Assembly: GCF_902713615.1 (NCBI RefSeq)
Contig: NW_024055478.1
Location: 124,001-188,000 of the forward strand
Length of the DNA stretch: 64,000 bases
Direction of reading: 5' to 3'
From: Scyliorhinus canicula
Taxonomy: Eukaryota
Both the position numbers and the translations under genes were made by a program. Of this stretch, positions 1 through 11,329 are shown piece by piece; within the stretch, counting starts at the first letter, position 1, and every line of letters starts with the position of its first letter. The notes under the pieces were generated by a model that saw only the letters and a list, made by a program, of their open reading frames with translations, did no database searches and was not told where the DNA came from.

Positions 1-136
1 GTCTTTTAGGACCTTGCCGCTTTCAGTGGCAGTGTTTAAATCTTTTTTTAAAACATATCTTTCTTCGATTAACTTGCAATTATCATATTCAATTCGCTCA
101 GTTTTTGATTGCAACCTTTGGTATCTTGACTTTACT

Positions 137-1483
137 TCAAAAATTTGATCTTGTAATTCTGCTGTTTGATAACTTCTGGAGTTTAGAGGTTTTGTTTTGC
201 AATTCTGTTCCAATTTCATCATAATGTTCAAGTTTTGCTTTTGCATCTTGCAATTCTCTTTCTAAAACACATTTTTGTTCCATTACCTTGTACTTTTCAA
301 GTTCAATTCGCTCAGTTTTTGATTGCAACTTTTGGTATTTTGACTCCACTTCAAAAATTTGATTTTGTAATTCTGCTATTTGAGAAGATAACTGCTGGAG
401 TTTAGAAGTTTTGTTTTGCAATTCTGTTCCAATTTCATCATAATGTTCAAGTTTTGCTTTTGTATCTTGCAATTCTTTTTCTAAAACACATTTTTCTTCA
501 ATTAACTTGGAATTTTCAAGTTCAGTTTGATCAGTTTTTGATTGCAACTGTTTGTATTTTGACTCTACGTCAAAAATTTGATTTTGGAACTCTATTTGAA
601 CAGATAACTGCTGGAGTTTAGAAGTTTTGTTTTGCAATTCTGTTCTAAGTTCATCGTCCTGTTCAAATTTGGATTTTACATCTCGCAATTCTCTTTCTAA
701 AACACAGTTTTCTTCAATTAACGTGTACTTTTCAAGTTCAATTTGCTCAGTTTTTGCTTGCAGCTTTTGGTTTTTTGATTCCACTTCAAAAATTTGATTT
801 TGGAATTCTGCTAATTGAACAGATAACTGTTGGAATTTGGCATCATCCTGTTCAAAACTGAATTCTGCATCTCGCAATTCTTTTTCTAAAACACATTTTT
901 CTTCAATTAACTTGTACTTTTCAAGTTCAATTTGCTCAGTTTTTGATTGCAGCTGTTGGTTTTTTGATTCCACTTCAAAAATTTGATTTTGTACTTCTGC
1001 TATTTGAACAGGCAACTGCTGGAGTTGAGAGATTTGGTTTTCCAAATCAGTTCTAATTTCATCGTCAGATTCAAGTTTTGCTTTTGCATCTTGCAATTCT
1101 TCAACAACTGCAATTAGTTGGTCTTTAGTGGTCCTATACTCATGATCAGTTTTATTTTTAGTAATTATCTCTTGCTGTCTGCATAATTGTCCCATAATTG
1201 CCAGGGACCATTTAACACGTTCTGCACTGTGCAATCGTGTGCTTTTTCCCCATGCTCTCTTGATATTATCAAAGGACCACTGTCCTCTGTGGATATTATA
1301 CTTTGATTCAATTTTCCTTGAGGTTTTACATAGGTCAACTTGTTTACGAAAGAAAGACCCAAAATCCCGAAACATATCTTCAACGGAAACATCTGGTATC
1401 CCAGTTCCTCCTTTTACCGTCGTAGGGAGTAAATTTCTGCCTTCTAAAGGATCTAAATCTATACTTTCATCTGGATCAGCCAT
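137..1483 (-). CDS. Gag-like ORF of an LTR/ERV-like element: unique N-terminal ~130 aa followed by 4-5 tandem ~73-aa (219-bp) coiled-coil repeats; repeat continues after a frameshift to ~nt 50
   Basis: 448-aa ORF from the track; DNA repeat period 219 bp (aattctgttccaatttcatcataatg at 201 and 420); lies ~290 nt downstream of a PBS and LTR end. Gag identity is inferred from position, not from a recognised capsid motif. Confidence 0.6.
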   Translation of the reverse strand: MADPDESIDLDPLEGRNLLPTTVKGGTGIPDVSVEDMFRDFGSFFRKQVDLCKTSRKIESKYNIHRGQWSFDNIKRAWGKSTRLHSAERVKWSLAIMGQLCRQQEIITKNKTDHEYRTTKDQLIAVVEELQDAKAKLESDDEIRTDLENQISQLQQLPVQIAEVQNQIFEVESKNQQLQSKTEQIELEKYKLIEEKCVLEKELRDAEFSFEQDDAKFQQLSVQLAEFQNQIFEVESKNQKLQAKTEQIELEKYTLIEENCVLERELRDVKSKFEQDDELRTELQNKTSKLQQLSVQIEFQNQIFDVESKYKQLQSKTDQTELENSKLIEEKCVLEKELQDTKAKLEHYDEIGTELQNKTSKLQQLSSQIAELQNQIFEVESKYQKLQSKTERIELEKYKVMEQKCVLERELQDAKAKLEHYDEIGTELQNKTSKLQKLSNSRITRSNF

Positions 1484-1774
1484 AAATTCAACCTTTCACT
1501 TAACTTTTTGTGTGTAGGCTGCGTTAGTCTCAACAACCGGCAGCTGATTGATTTAACACAGTCTATAAAAATGTCCTTTTCAGGGGTCGAAGCACTGATT
1601 GATGTGGCTTTAAGACTTTTAATGGGTTAAAAAGATATTTCTTACCCCAGTCTAGCCGTGGATTCCGACTGTCTTCCGATTATTCCCGAAGCTTCCGTCG
1701 TCGCCTGGTCCTCCTCCGATTTCTCACGAAGCTTTCCGAACCTTTCCGAAGGTCGTATCAGAACTCCTCCCCCG

Positions 1775-1790
1775 CTGCCTGACTACGCCA
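1775..1790 (-). promoter_or_regulatory. Primer-binding site complementary to the 3' end of tRNA-Ser
   Basis: Minus strand TGGCGTAGTCAGGCAG matches the complement of the vertebrate tRNA-Ser 3' end (CTGCCGACTACG-CCA) with one extra base; 2 nt after an LTR-type ...CAACA end. Confidence 0.75.
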
Positions 1791-1792
1791 AG

Positions 1793-2771
1793 TGTTGTAT
1801 CCTCGGATTGTGAAGTTTTATTCAATTTACCGGTTGTTGTTGAGACATTGTTGAAACTCAGTAGAAATTCAAGTTAAAAACTTGTCAGGTGCAAATAAGA
1901 ATTGTTTTATTTGAAGTTCATTGGTTACAACTTGAAAATGATTTAAAAGGTAGTTTGTAGACAATTTGATTTTCTTCAAAGAATCACAGGAATTATCTTC
2001 TGAGACAATAGCCTGAACACAACTTTAAAAGTCAAAGGCTGAAGTCAAAGTATGAAAATGAAATAGGAATACAGAACTCTTTTCTAATTCTCTTCCTTTA
2101 CTTTCTCTCTCTCTCTCTGTCTCTTTCTCTCTGTCTCTTTCTTCCTTTCTTTCTCTGTCTCTTTCTGTCCTTTCCCTCTCTGTCTCTTTTTGTCTTTTTC
2201 TGTCTTTCTGTCTTTCTGTCTTTCTTCTCTTTCTGTCTAAAATGGTGGCCAAATCATCCATGGATATACTATTTCATATCTGTCTTAAGCGATCCGATCA
2301 CACCCCAATATAATCCTAATTGGTTTAAGCTATATTCAAAACACATTTGATTTGATAACAAGCCGTCCATCCTCACGATGCAACGCCACTTCCAATTGTT
2401 GCTTATCTGCAACAATTGAGACGTTATGTCATCTCATCATACTATAATTTCGAAAATATAATTGAAACTATCTTAACACAGTCTAAAATGTTTCGGCTTG
2501 CATACGTTATGGAATGTGGTTCAGGCTGTTATCACAAGTGGCCTGAAATCAGAACAATGGAGCCTTTAATGCTTCCACCTTACAGCCCATGGGATTTAGC
2601 CCCTGTCCTTGAAAGAATGTGATGTTTTTATCAGTGGTTCTGTGTTTCCCAAACTCATGTCTGAGTTTGGAAATTGTATGTTTCTTTCATTTTAAAACTG
2701 GGATTTAATATTTATGCTTTAAACAGCCTTTTTACCTATATTAAGTGTATTTAAAATACCTGACTTCTACA
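1793..2771 (-). mobile_element. Putative 5' LTR (TGTAG...CAACA) of the ERV-like element
   Basis: Minus strand begins TGTAGAAG exactly where a SINE is truncated and ends CA just before the PBS; AATAAA signals near 1816 and 1905; internal GA microsatellite. Confidence 0.55.
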
Positions 2772-2985
2772 GTCACTGTCTGTGTGGAGTCTCCACATCC
2801 TCCCCGTGTGTGCGTGGGTTTCCTCCTGGTACTCCGGTTTCCTCCCACAGTCCAAAGATGTGCGGGTTGGGTGGATTGGCCATGAAAAATTGCCCTTAGT
2901 GTCCAAAATTCTATGATTAACCTAGGACAAACGTTCGGCACAACACCATGGACCGAAGAGCCTGTTCTGTGCTGCATTTCTCTAT
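2772..2985 (+). mobile_element. 5'-truncated shark tRNA-derived V-SINE (HE1-like)
   Basis: gtcactgtctgtgtggagtct...cccacagtccaaagatgtgcgg...ggattggccatg core shared with many copies in the window. Confidence 0.8.
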
Positions 2986-2989
2986 CAAT

Positions 2990-4075
2990 CTTCTCTAACC
3001 CTTCCCTTCTTCCCCCCAGCCCACCTTCCCTTACCCGTCTCCTCTCTACCCCTGCCCCCTTTCCCTAACCCTTCCCCTCCCCTGAGCACCCTTTCCGTAA
3101 CCCTTACCCTCCCCCCAGCCCGCTTTTCCCTAACCCTTCCCTTCTAACCCCAGCTCCCCTTTCCCTAACCCTTCCCCTCTCTCCCCAGCCCCGCTTTCCC
3201 TAATCCTTCCCCTCTCTCCCCCCGGCCCCCTTCCCTAACCCTTCCCCTCTCTCCCCCAGCCCCCCTTTCCCTAACCCTTCCCCTCTCTCTCCCCCAGCCC
3301 CCCTTTCCCTAACCCTTCCCCTCTCTCGCAGCCCCCCTTTCCCTAACCTTCCTCCTCTCCCACCCCCCAGCCCCCCTTTCCCTAACCCTTCCCCTCTCTC
3401 CCTCAGCCCCCCTTCCATAACCCTTCCCCTCTCTCCCCAGCCCACTTTTCCCTAAGCCTACCCCTCTACACCTAGCCCCCTTTCCCTAAGCCTACCCCTC
3501 TACTCCTAGCCCCCTTTCCCTAACTCTTCCCCTCTCCCCCTAGCCCCCTTTCCCTAACCCTACCCCTCTCCCCAGCCCCCTTTCCCTAAAACCTTCCCTA
3601 CCTTCTCCCCCTACCCCCTTTCCTTAACCCTCCCCCTCTTTACCCCAGCCCCCTTTTCCTAACCCTTCCCCTCTCTCCCCCAGCCCCCTTTCCCTAACCC
3701 TTCTCCTCTCTCCCCTAGCCCCTTTCCCTAACCCATCCCCTCTCCCCCAGCCCTCCCCATTTCCCCAACCCTTCCCCGTATTCCCACAGCCCCCCTTTCC
3801 CTAACCCTTCTCCTCTCTCCCCTAGCCCCCTTTCCCTAACCCATCCCCTCTCCCCCCAGCCCCCCCATTTCCCCAACCCTTTCCCCTATCCCCACAGCCC
3901 CCCTTTCCCTAACCCTACCCCTCTCCCCAGCCCCCCTTTCCTTAACCCTACCCCGTTTCTCTAACCCTTCACTTCTTTCTCCCCCAGCCCCCCTTTCCCT
4001 AACCCTTCCCCTCTCCCCCCAGCCCCATTTCCCTAACCCCCTCTCTCGCCGAGCCCTTCCCCCTCTCTCCCGCAC
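2990..4075 (+). repeat. C-rich ~35-bp minisatellite containing CCCTAACCC
   Basis: Unit ~ccctaacccttcccctctctcccccagcccccttt repeated with variation over ~1.1 kb. Confidence 0.9.
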
Positions 4076-4124
4076 ACCCTCCGTGATGCCCTTCCTGGAC
4101 GATCTGGGGCGTGATCCACCTTCT

Positions 4125-4495
4125 CCTTGTTTCCCACCATTTTGTACCAGTTCACGGCGGCTATTTTATGTCAATTCACGGTGGCCATTTTATGTCTTTT
4201 CACGGCGGCCATTTTAAGTCAGTTCGTGGTGGCCATTTTATGTCAGTTCACAGTGGCCATTTTATGACAGTTCACGGCGGCCATTTTATGTTAATTAATG
4301 GCGGCCATTTTATGTCAGTTCATGGCGGCCGTTTTATGTCAGGTCACGGTGGCCATTTTGTGTCGGTTCTTGGCGGCCATTTTAGGTCAGTTTACGGTGG
4401 CCATTTTATGTCACTTCACGGCGGCCATTTTGTGTCAGTTCACGGTGGCCATTTTATGACAGTTCACAGCGGTCATTTTATGACAGTTCACGGAT
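4125..4495 (+). repeat. 24-bp tandem repeat (gttcacggcggccattttatgtca), ~15 copies
   Basis: Directly visible 24-nt period. Confidence 0.9.
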
Positions 4496-4574
4496 CGGCC
4501 CTTGTGTCCTCAGTGCCGTAGGCAGCTGTGCTAACCAGTGTGCCCCGTGTCACCCACACTGAGATATTTCTGTC

Positions 4575-4965
4575 AGTTGTACAGGTTGGTGTAAAATATA
4601 CTGAAAGAAAGAGTGGTATTTAAACAGTGAGATGTTGGGATATGTGGAGGGACAGACTGATCGGGGTGACCTCGTACACCAGTCAGTGAAAGTGGAGAGT
4701 GGGGGGGCGGGTGCAGCAAGCAGTTCAGAAGGCCAATGATATGTTGGCCTTCAATGCAAGAGGGATTTGAGTTCAGAAGGGGAGTTGTCTTACTGCAGTT
4801 ATACAAGGCCTTGGTGAGACAACACCTTGAGTACTATTTACAGATTTTGGTCTCCCTAACTGAGAAAGGATATATTTGCCAGAGAGGGAGAGCAGCGGAG
4901 GGTCAACCGGCTGATAGCGAGGTTGCTGAAATGTCCTGGGACGAGAGATTGGGTCGATTGGACAA
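4575..4965 (+). mobile_element. CR1/L2-type LINE 3' fragment
   Basis: Decayed RT C-terminal motif (LLQLYKALVRQHLEY) in the 4736 ORF. Confidence 0.7.
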
Positions 4966-5139
4966 GGTGCTCCTCCCCGACAGTCAGCACTGCCGGTGCC
5001 CCCCACAGCCAGCACAGCCAGTCCCTCCCACAGCCAGCACTGCCGGTGCCCCCCGCAGCCAGCACAGCCAGCACAGCCAGTCCCTCCCACAGCCAGCACT
5101 GACAGTGCTCCCCCACAGCCACCACTGTCAGTGCTCCCC

Positions 5140-5362
5140 CACAGTTGATTGGCTGAGAGGCGGTCAGCCAGCGGCTGGAGCTGCTGATTGGATGAGAGGC
5201 TATCAGTCAGCAGCTGGAGTTGATAATTGGCTGAGAGGCTGTCAGTCAGCGGCTGGAGCTGCTGATTGGCTGAGAGGCTGTTAGTCAGCGGCTGGAGCTG
5301 CTGATTGGCTGAGAGGCTGTCAGTCAGCGGCTGGAGCTGCCCATTGGCTGAGTGGCTGTCAG
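5140..5362 (+). repeat. 39-bp tandem repeat (cagtcagcggctggagctgctgattggctgagaggctgt), ~5.5 copies
   Basis: Directly visible; abuts the stop codon of the GPCR gene. Confidence 0.85.
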
Positions 5363-6265
5363 TCAGCTTGATTTACTCATTAATTTAATAATTGATGTAA
5401 CCGGATATTTCATCGCTATCTTGATCTCCTCCCTGAACCTGGACTGAGTCACCACATAAATAAATGTGTTTGTGCAGCAATTTAAATCCTGCAGCATATA
5501 TCCAATTTGTTGTAAATTATATTGAGGATCGGTGAGGTAATCAACATATGACAAATCCAAATAGAAAAATTTAATAACGTACACGGTCCAGAGGAGAATG
5601 AAAGTTCCGGAGATGCTGAAGAGTAAAATCATTGACTTCCTTCTGCTCTCCATCTCTGGGTCTGTGCGATTGTCTCCCTGACTCTGAGCCCTCAGTGTCT
5701 TCCGGACCCGACTGGTGAGTAAAATGTGTCTGACTGTCAGAGCGTTGGTCAACAGGATTGAGAAGAATGGGATCAATGGGGTTAACACCTGATCAAACCA
5801 GGAATATCCAACCCATCCCGGGTCAGTCCAATAGCTGCTCTTTATCCGACAGCCCCACTGGACATTGTCGATTATCCGTCTAGGTTTATATATAAAATAC
5901 CAGGGGATGTTTTTCCCACAGAGCAGGAGGCCAGGTTGTTGACAGAACCACAGCCGCAGTTTTCCTGGTGCAATATTTAGTTTTCAGTTTCTGGCAGCGA
6001 ATGGCCACAAATCGATCAAAGGAAAAAGTGAGAGTGAACCAGACAGAACAGTCCCTGGCTGCAGCTATCAGACCAGTGTTAACACGGCACACAGGGGTGA
6101 GCGACAGGAAACTCAGGGGGAAATAATAATAATCGATCATGTTCAGTATGGGGTTAGTGATAATAAACAGCAGATCCGCCGTTGCCATGGCCACCAGGTA
6201 GCGAGTGGTGCAGGTAGAGAGACCACACTTCCCCCGACACAGAATTACAATTCCCAGTAAATTAA
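5363..6265 (-). pseudogene. Exon 2 of a class A GPCR, shark-expanded GPR139/GPR142-like family; single frameshift near 5930
   Basis: Acceptor ctgacag at 6266; reads VNLLGIVILCRGKCGLSTCTTRYLVAMATADLL...FSFDRFVAI...; the second frame resumes ...KNIPWYF...LTPLIPF...NCCTNTFIYVVTQSRFR to the stop at 5363. Confidence 0.8.
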
Positions 6266-6789
6266 CTGTCAGAGAGAGAAAGGAGAGACGCGGGAAATTA
6301 CTGGTTAATCAATCTCCCTGTCTGAACATAATGTCAGCATCAATATAATGGACAGTGGGTGGGTAGGGGTGTTGGGAGAGGAGTGGGCACAGAGATTAAC
6401 ATTGTAGAGAGGGAAGTAGCAAATGTAACTCCAGTGTTAAAGATGGGGAATGGGGGGAAAAGTGTGAATTACAGCCCTGTCAGTTTGATGGCAGTGGTAG
6501 GAAAATGTTTATAATTCAGATACCTTTGGGAGAGGTTACATTTCTCATTCAGTCTGATTTACAGGATTCACTCAGGCCGGCCAGGTTTCCCAAACCGGAT
6601 ACAAACATACCAGAGATTGTCATCCCTGCTCAATTATTGGACCAAACCCCGGATTGGACCGTTCCCTGGACTGGGTTTCTGATGGAGTTGGACACCACTC
6701 CTGGTTTATTTGAATCCTCCACGATCAATGGAAAAATAAAACAAACGCAGGACCTTCCCACTTCATAATCATGGGAGGAATAGAAATGT

Positions 6790-7095
6790 AGAATGTATAG
6801 TGCAAAAGGAGGCCATTCAGCCCATCGAGTCTGCACCGGCCCTTGGAAAGTAAGCACCAGTTAAGACCACCCCATCCCCATAACCCAGTGACCCCATCTA
6901 AATTGTTTGGAAACTAAACACAATTTATCATGGCCAAGCCACCTAATCTGCACATCTTTGGACTGTGGGAGGAAACCTGAGCACCCGGAGGAAACCCACG
7001 CAGACACGGGGAGAACTGCAGTCTCCACACAGTCACCAAAGCTGGAATTGATTCGGGGACCCTGGTGCTGTGAGGCAGCAGTGCCAACCACTGCG
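6790..7095 (-). mobile_element. V-SINE (HE1-like)
   Basis: Reverse complement of the SINE consensus seen at 55221. Confidence 0.8.
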
Positions 7096-8789
7096 TTACT
7101 GTGCCACCAATGTCATTGGGAAGGGACAGAACAGGATAAAGCGGATGGAATTAATAGAGGAAGAAATGATCTTGCTGGGGCTGGAACAGGCCAAAATAAT
7201 GGGTCTACTGGGACTTTCCTGTTTGTGGATTTTGGGAAGGAGGTAGAAGCGGGAGGTTGATGCAGGATGTGTAGGGTTGTGGGACGATGATGTCCGAGGC
7301 TGTGGTCAGAGGATATCCAGAGCCAATGAGGTCAGTGAGTGTCCTGGGAACAATATGATGATGTTTGGTGGTGTGCTGCTTGTCCAGGAGGAGGTAGCAG
7401 GATGGGCCTGAGAGTTGAAGGTCAGTCTCTGTGAGGAATAAGTCAGTACACCAGACAATAATGGCACCGCCCTTGTGGGCAGCTCAGGTAACCAGGTCAG
7501 GGTTGGATATTAGAGAGAGGATTGGAGCAAGATTCGAGTGAGTCAGGATAGAGTTGGTGAGAGGCACAGAGAAATTGAGACGGTCGTGTCGCACTGACAG
7601 ATCTCAATGAAAAGATCAAGAGCTGATAGGAGGCCAGAGGGAGGAGGCCAGAGGGTGGGGTCCAGGTAGAGGGAGATTACTGGAGGCAGATGGATTTCAG
7701 CAACAAATATTCATAAAATAGACAGTGAGAAATAGCAGAGACAATATTATCTACTCACTGATCACCATCAGAATAATTACCAAAGAATTGAAAAGCAGAA
7801 GTCGGTCTCTGTTATTCTTGAATTTACAACAGAATATAATAAAATCTTCCAGTCACAATGTCAACAGTAGGAAAAATTGAATTAGACGTCTGAGTTAAAG
7901 AAATCCAGTAACACAGAGTCTACTAAATAGTCGGCACATATTCCAAAGTCAACATTATTCCTGACACATTTCATCCAATTATTGTAATAACTATCAGAAA
8001 TAATAGATCTGAGTAGTATAATAGATGTTAAACAATTTTACTTTCTAAAGGCCGTCAGTAAGATCCGAATAACAGACTCATGGGTAATCTCAGAGCCAGT
8101 GGAGTTAGGGGACACAGCAGCAGAATGGACACATGCTGGCGACACACACACAAAACAGGGAGAGGAGTTTAAGGGATTTAGGCTGATTGGTGGAAGGTGG
8201 GAAGTGGTGTTCCACAAGGATCAGCACTGGGATCACTCTCCTTCACCATTCCCATCACCAGTATGGAATCGGGAAGCAGAACGATAATTACACAATTTAC
8301 AGACAAAATCAAATTGAGAGTGATAGTGAATACAGAGGAAGAATACAACTAATTACAGGAACACATTATCAGTAATTATGAATTTGCAAAGTGTGTATTT
8401 CAACGGGAAATTAATTTCCCGACAGATCAGTGTCCGCTGCTGCATTTTGATCAGAACAATAAGTCCCGCAATCACTCCTTGGAAAACAAGTGTGTGAATG
8501 GACTGGAGGGGTTTCTGGGTTCAGGTGAATAGATTCACAATTCGTGTGAAGCAGAAACACAGTTTAAAAACATCCATAACAATTGATCAAACATGTGAGT
8601 TCATTTCAGAATGAATAGAAATGAGAAAATATCACAAAACCTATTGGAATACTGCACTGTTTTGGGTTTTATGAAATATTGAAGTTTGGGTCATGTTTGT
8701 TCCTGTTGGAGTAGGTCAATAGAAAACAGAGATAGGGACATTTCACTTCATACAATAAATATCAAACATCTTCAAAACCCAGCCAAACA

Positions 8790-9025
8790 TGAGCTGGTTT
8801 AGCTCACTAGGGGCTGGTTCAGCTCACTGGAGGCTGGTATAGCTCACTGGGCTAAATCGCTGGCTTTTAAAGCAGACCAAGCAGCAGGCCAGCAGCACGA
8901 TTCTATTCCCTGTACCAGCCTCCCCGGACAGGCGCCGGGATGTGGCGACTAGGGGCTTTTCACAGTGACTTCATTGAAGCCTACTCGTGACAATAAGCAA
9001 TTTTCATTTTCATTTCATTTTCAAA
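8790..9025 (+). mobile_element. Second tRNA-derived SINE family (tail aatgtggcgactaggggcttttcacagt...(tttca)n); further copy at ~11125-11320
   Basis: tRNA-like head with A/B boxes, shared body and simple-repeat tail in both copies. Confidence 0.75.
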
Positions 9026-9650
9026 CTCTTCCTGTTTTCAACCTATTCCAAAGTTAAAACTCACAGAGAGAACTCCACAGAATGGAGCGACAACTCATCA
9101 ATAAAATACATAATTTCAAAATAGAACTAACTAATGTCAGTCCAGTTACTGATCCACACACAATACAATTCCACATGGACAGATAGCCGCAGAAATAGAG
9201 AGATAATTAGATCAGACCACTCTGGTGAGAGACCCACACTCAGTACAATCCTACACTGAGATACTTCCAGTAATCCTTGTTCACCAATGTCAGATATTCC
9301 ACTCTGGTTAATGACCCACACGCAGTGTGCTTTAATTCTTTCTCCTCCTAAACCTCCCTTCAGAGAAATTGCCTTCACTGAGATCCAATCTAACATTATA
9401 CAAGATCCCACTCAATATAATAACTTCACTGGTCAGAGATCCAGTGAGTAACAAACAGAGGTTTATTGTGAGTTGATGGAAGGGATTCAAACCATTGACA
9501 TGCTTAAAGATATTTGACAATGATATCGTTGATCAGGTGTCTGTATCACAGTGTGCACGAGATCAGGATTAAACATTTTCACTCAGAGTTTCAAATCAGA
9601 GAGCCGCTCACACACAGATTTACACAAGTTCAATGGTGATAGTCACTTAC

Positions 9651-9717
9651 CAGGAACACCGACGATAGCAACGATTGGGTAGAATATTTTCTCAGCAGTA
9701 TCAATTGGATCATGCAT
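9651..9717 (-). CDS. Exon 1 of the GPR139-like gene (MHDPIDTAEKIFYPIVAIVGVP, phase 1)
   Basis: ATG at 9717, GTAAGT donor after 9651; the phase joins exon 2 in frame (G|TT=Val). Confidence 0.75.
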
Positions 9718-10044
9718 TTTCAGTAGTGAAGTGATGTGTCCTTTCGTACTGGCGTCAGTCTCTGTGTCTGAAACTCCGAGGTTATATGTTCCCAAAGCAT
9801 TTAATTTATACCCTGGGGGACCACATCAGGGATATTGAGGTTGTGAAATCGTACACGTTATTATTAGAAATATATGAACAAACAGATTACGATATTGTGT
9901 TCAGTGAAATAAAATATTATTTTTTGAGTGAGTGACCACTTTCCAAACACTGAACTGTGTTGATCACATTGGTCAGCTAACATTAACAGAAAGAATGCTG
10001 TCCACTCAGACAACATGAGTCCCATCTCTAGATCTCAGATTGTT

Positions 10045-10845
10045 ACAGTGATAACCCTCACACCACTGTGACCGTTCAGTGATCCAGTTCCAATTGTCAG
10101 TGTGTTTCTCTGGGTCGTTTCACTGCACTCTGGGATGTAGCTGCCTCTGTAACTGTGACCATTCAGTGATTCGGTTCCAATTGTCAGTGTGTTTCTCTGG
10201 GTGGTTCCACTGCACTCTGGGGTGTAGCTGACTCTATCTGTGACCATTCAGTGATTCAGTTCCAATTGTCAATGTGTTTCTCTGGGTGGTTCCACTGCCC
10301 TCTGGGGTGTAGCTGCCTCTGTAACTGTGACCATTCAGTGATGCAGTTCCAATTGTCAGTGTGTTTCTCTGGGTCGTTTCACTGCACTCTGGGATGTAGC
10401 TGCCTCTGTATCTGTGACCATTCAGTGATTCAGTTGCAATTGTCAGTGTGGTTCACCGCACTCTGGGGTGTAGCTGCCTCTGCAACTGTGACCATTCAGT
10501 GATTCGGTTCCAATTGTCAGTGTGTTTCTGTGGGTGGTTCCACAGCACTCTGGGGTGTAGCTGCCTCTGTAACTGTGACCATTCAGTGATTCAGTTGCAA
10601 TTGTCAGTGTGTTTCTCTGGGTGGGTCCACTGCACTCTGGGGTGTCGCTGCCTCTGTAACTGTGACCATTCAGTGATTCAGTTCCAATTGTCAGTGTGAT
10701 TCAATGGGTGGTTCCACAGCACTCTGGGGTGTAGCTGTCTCTGTAACTGTGACCATTCAGTGATTCAGTTCCAATTGTCAGTGTGTTTCTCTGGGTGGTT
10801 CCACTGCACTCTGGGGTGTAGCTGTCTCTGTAACTGTGACCATTC
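10045..10845 (+). repeat. ~87-bp tandem repeat, ~9 copies
   Basis: ctgtgaccattcagtg recurs at 10153, 10238, 10325, 10412 and onward. Confidence 0.9.
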
Positions 10846-11329
10846 CTTTATTTGATGTCAGTACGTTCTGTCTGAGCCTAAGTAGCAAATTTCAATGTCT
10901 CCAAAATCTGGAACTGTTTTAAGCGCAAAGTATGTGATCCCATATCTAAATCTGATTCAGCCCCTCAAACTAAGAAAATCTTTAGAACCATTGGAACCTC
11001 AGAAAACTCAGAGGCTGCAGCACATTCAAGCTCAGCACCTCAGAGAGCAGCATTAAAACATATACAGCTGTGAAAACTAATACCCCGTCTCTAACTGATA
11101 CCGGCCGACCATCTGATAGGCAGACTGGCCAGACTGCTGGTTTAGCTCACGGGGCTAAATTGCTGGCTTTGAAAGCAGACCAAGCAGGCCACCAGCACGG
11201 TTCCATTCCCGTACCAGCCTCCCCGGACAGGCGCCGGAATGTGGCGACTAGGGGCTTTTCACAGTAACTTCATTGAAGCCTACTCGTGACAAAAAGCGAT
11301 TTTCATTAATTTCATTCACTTAAACTGGG

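Noticed and set aside
2990-4075. True telomere or interstitial (TTAGGG)n array
   Set aside because: CCCTAA occurs once per ~35-bp unit, not as contiguous hexamers.
4111-4521. His/Gly-rich 136-aa ORF (HGGHFMSV repeats)
   Set aside because: It is the translation of the 24-bp repeat, which stays open because the unit is a multiple of 3; no gene context.
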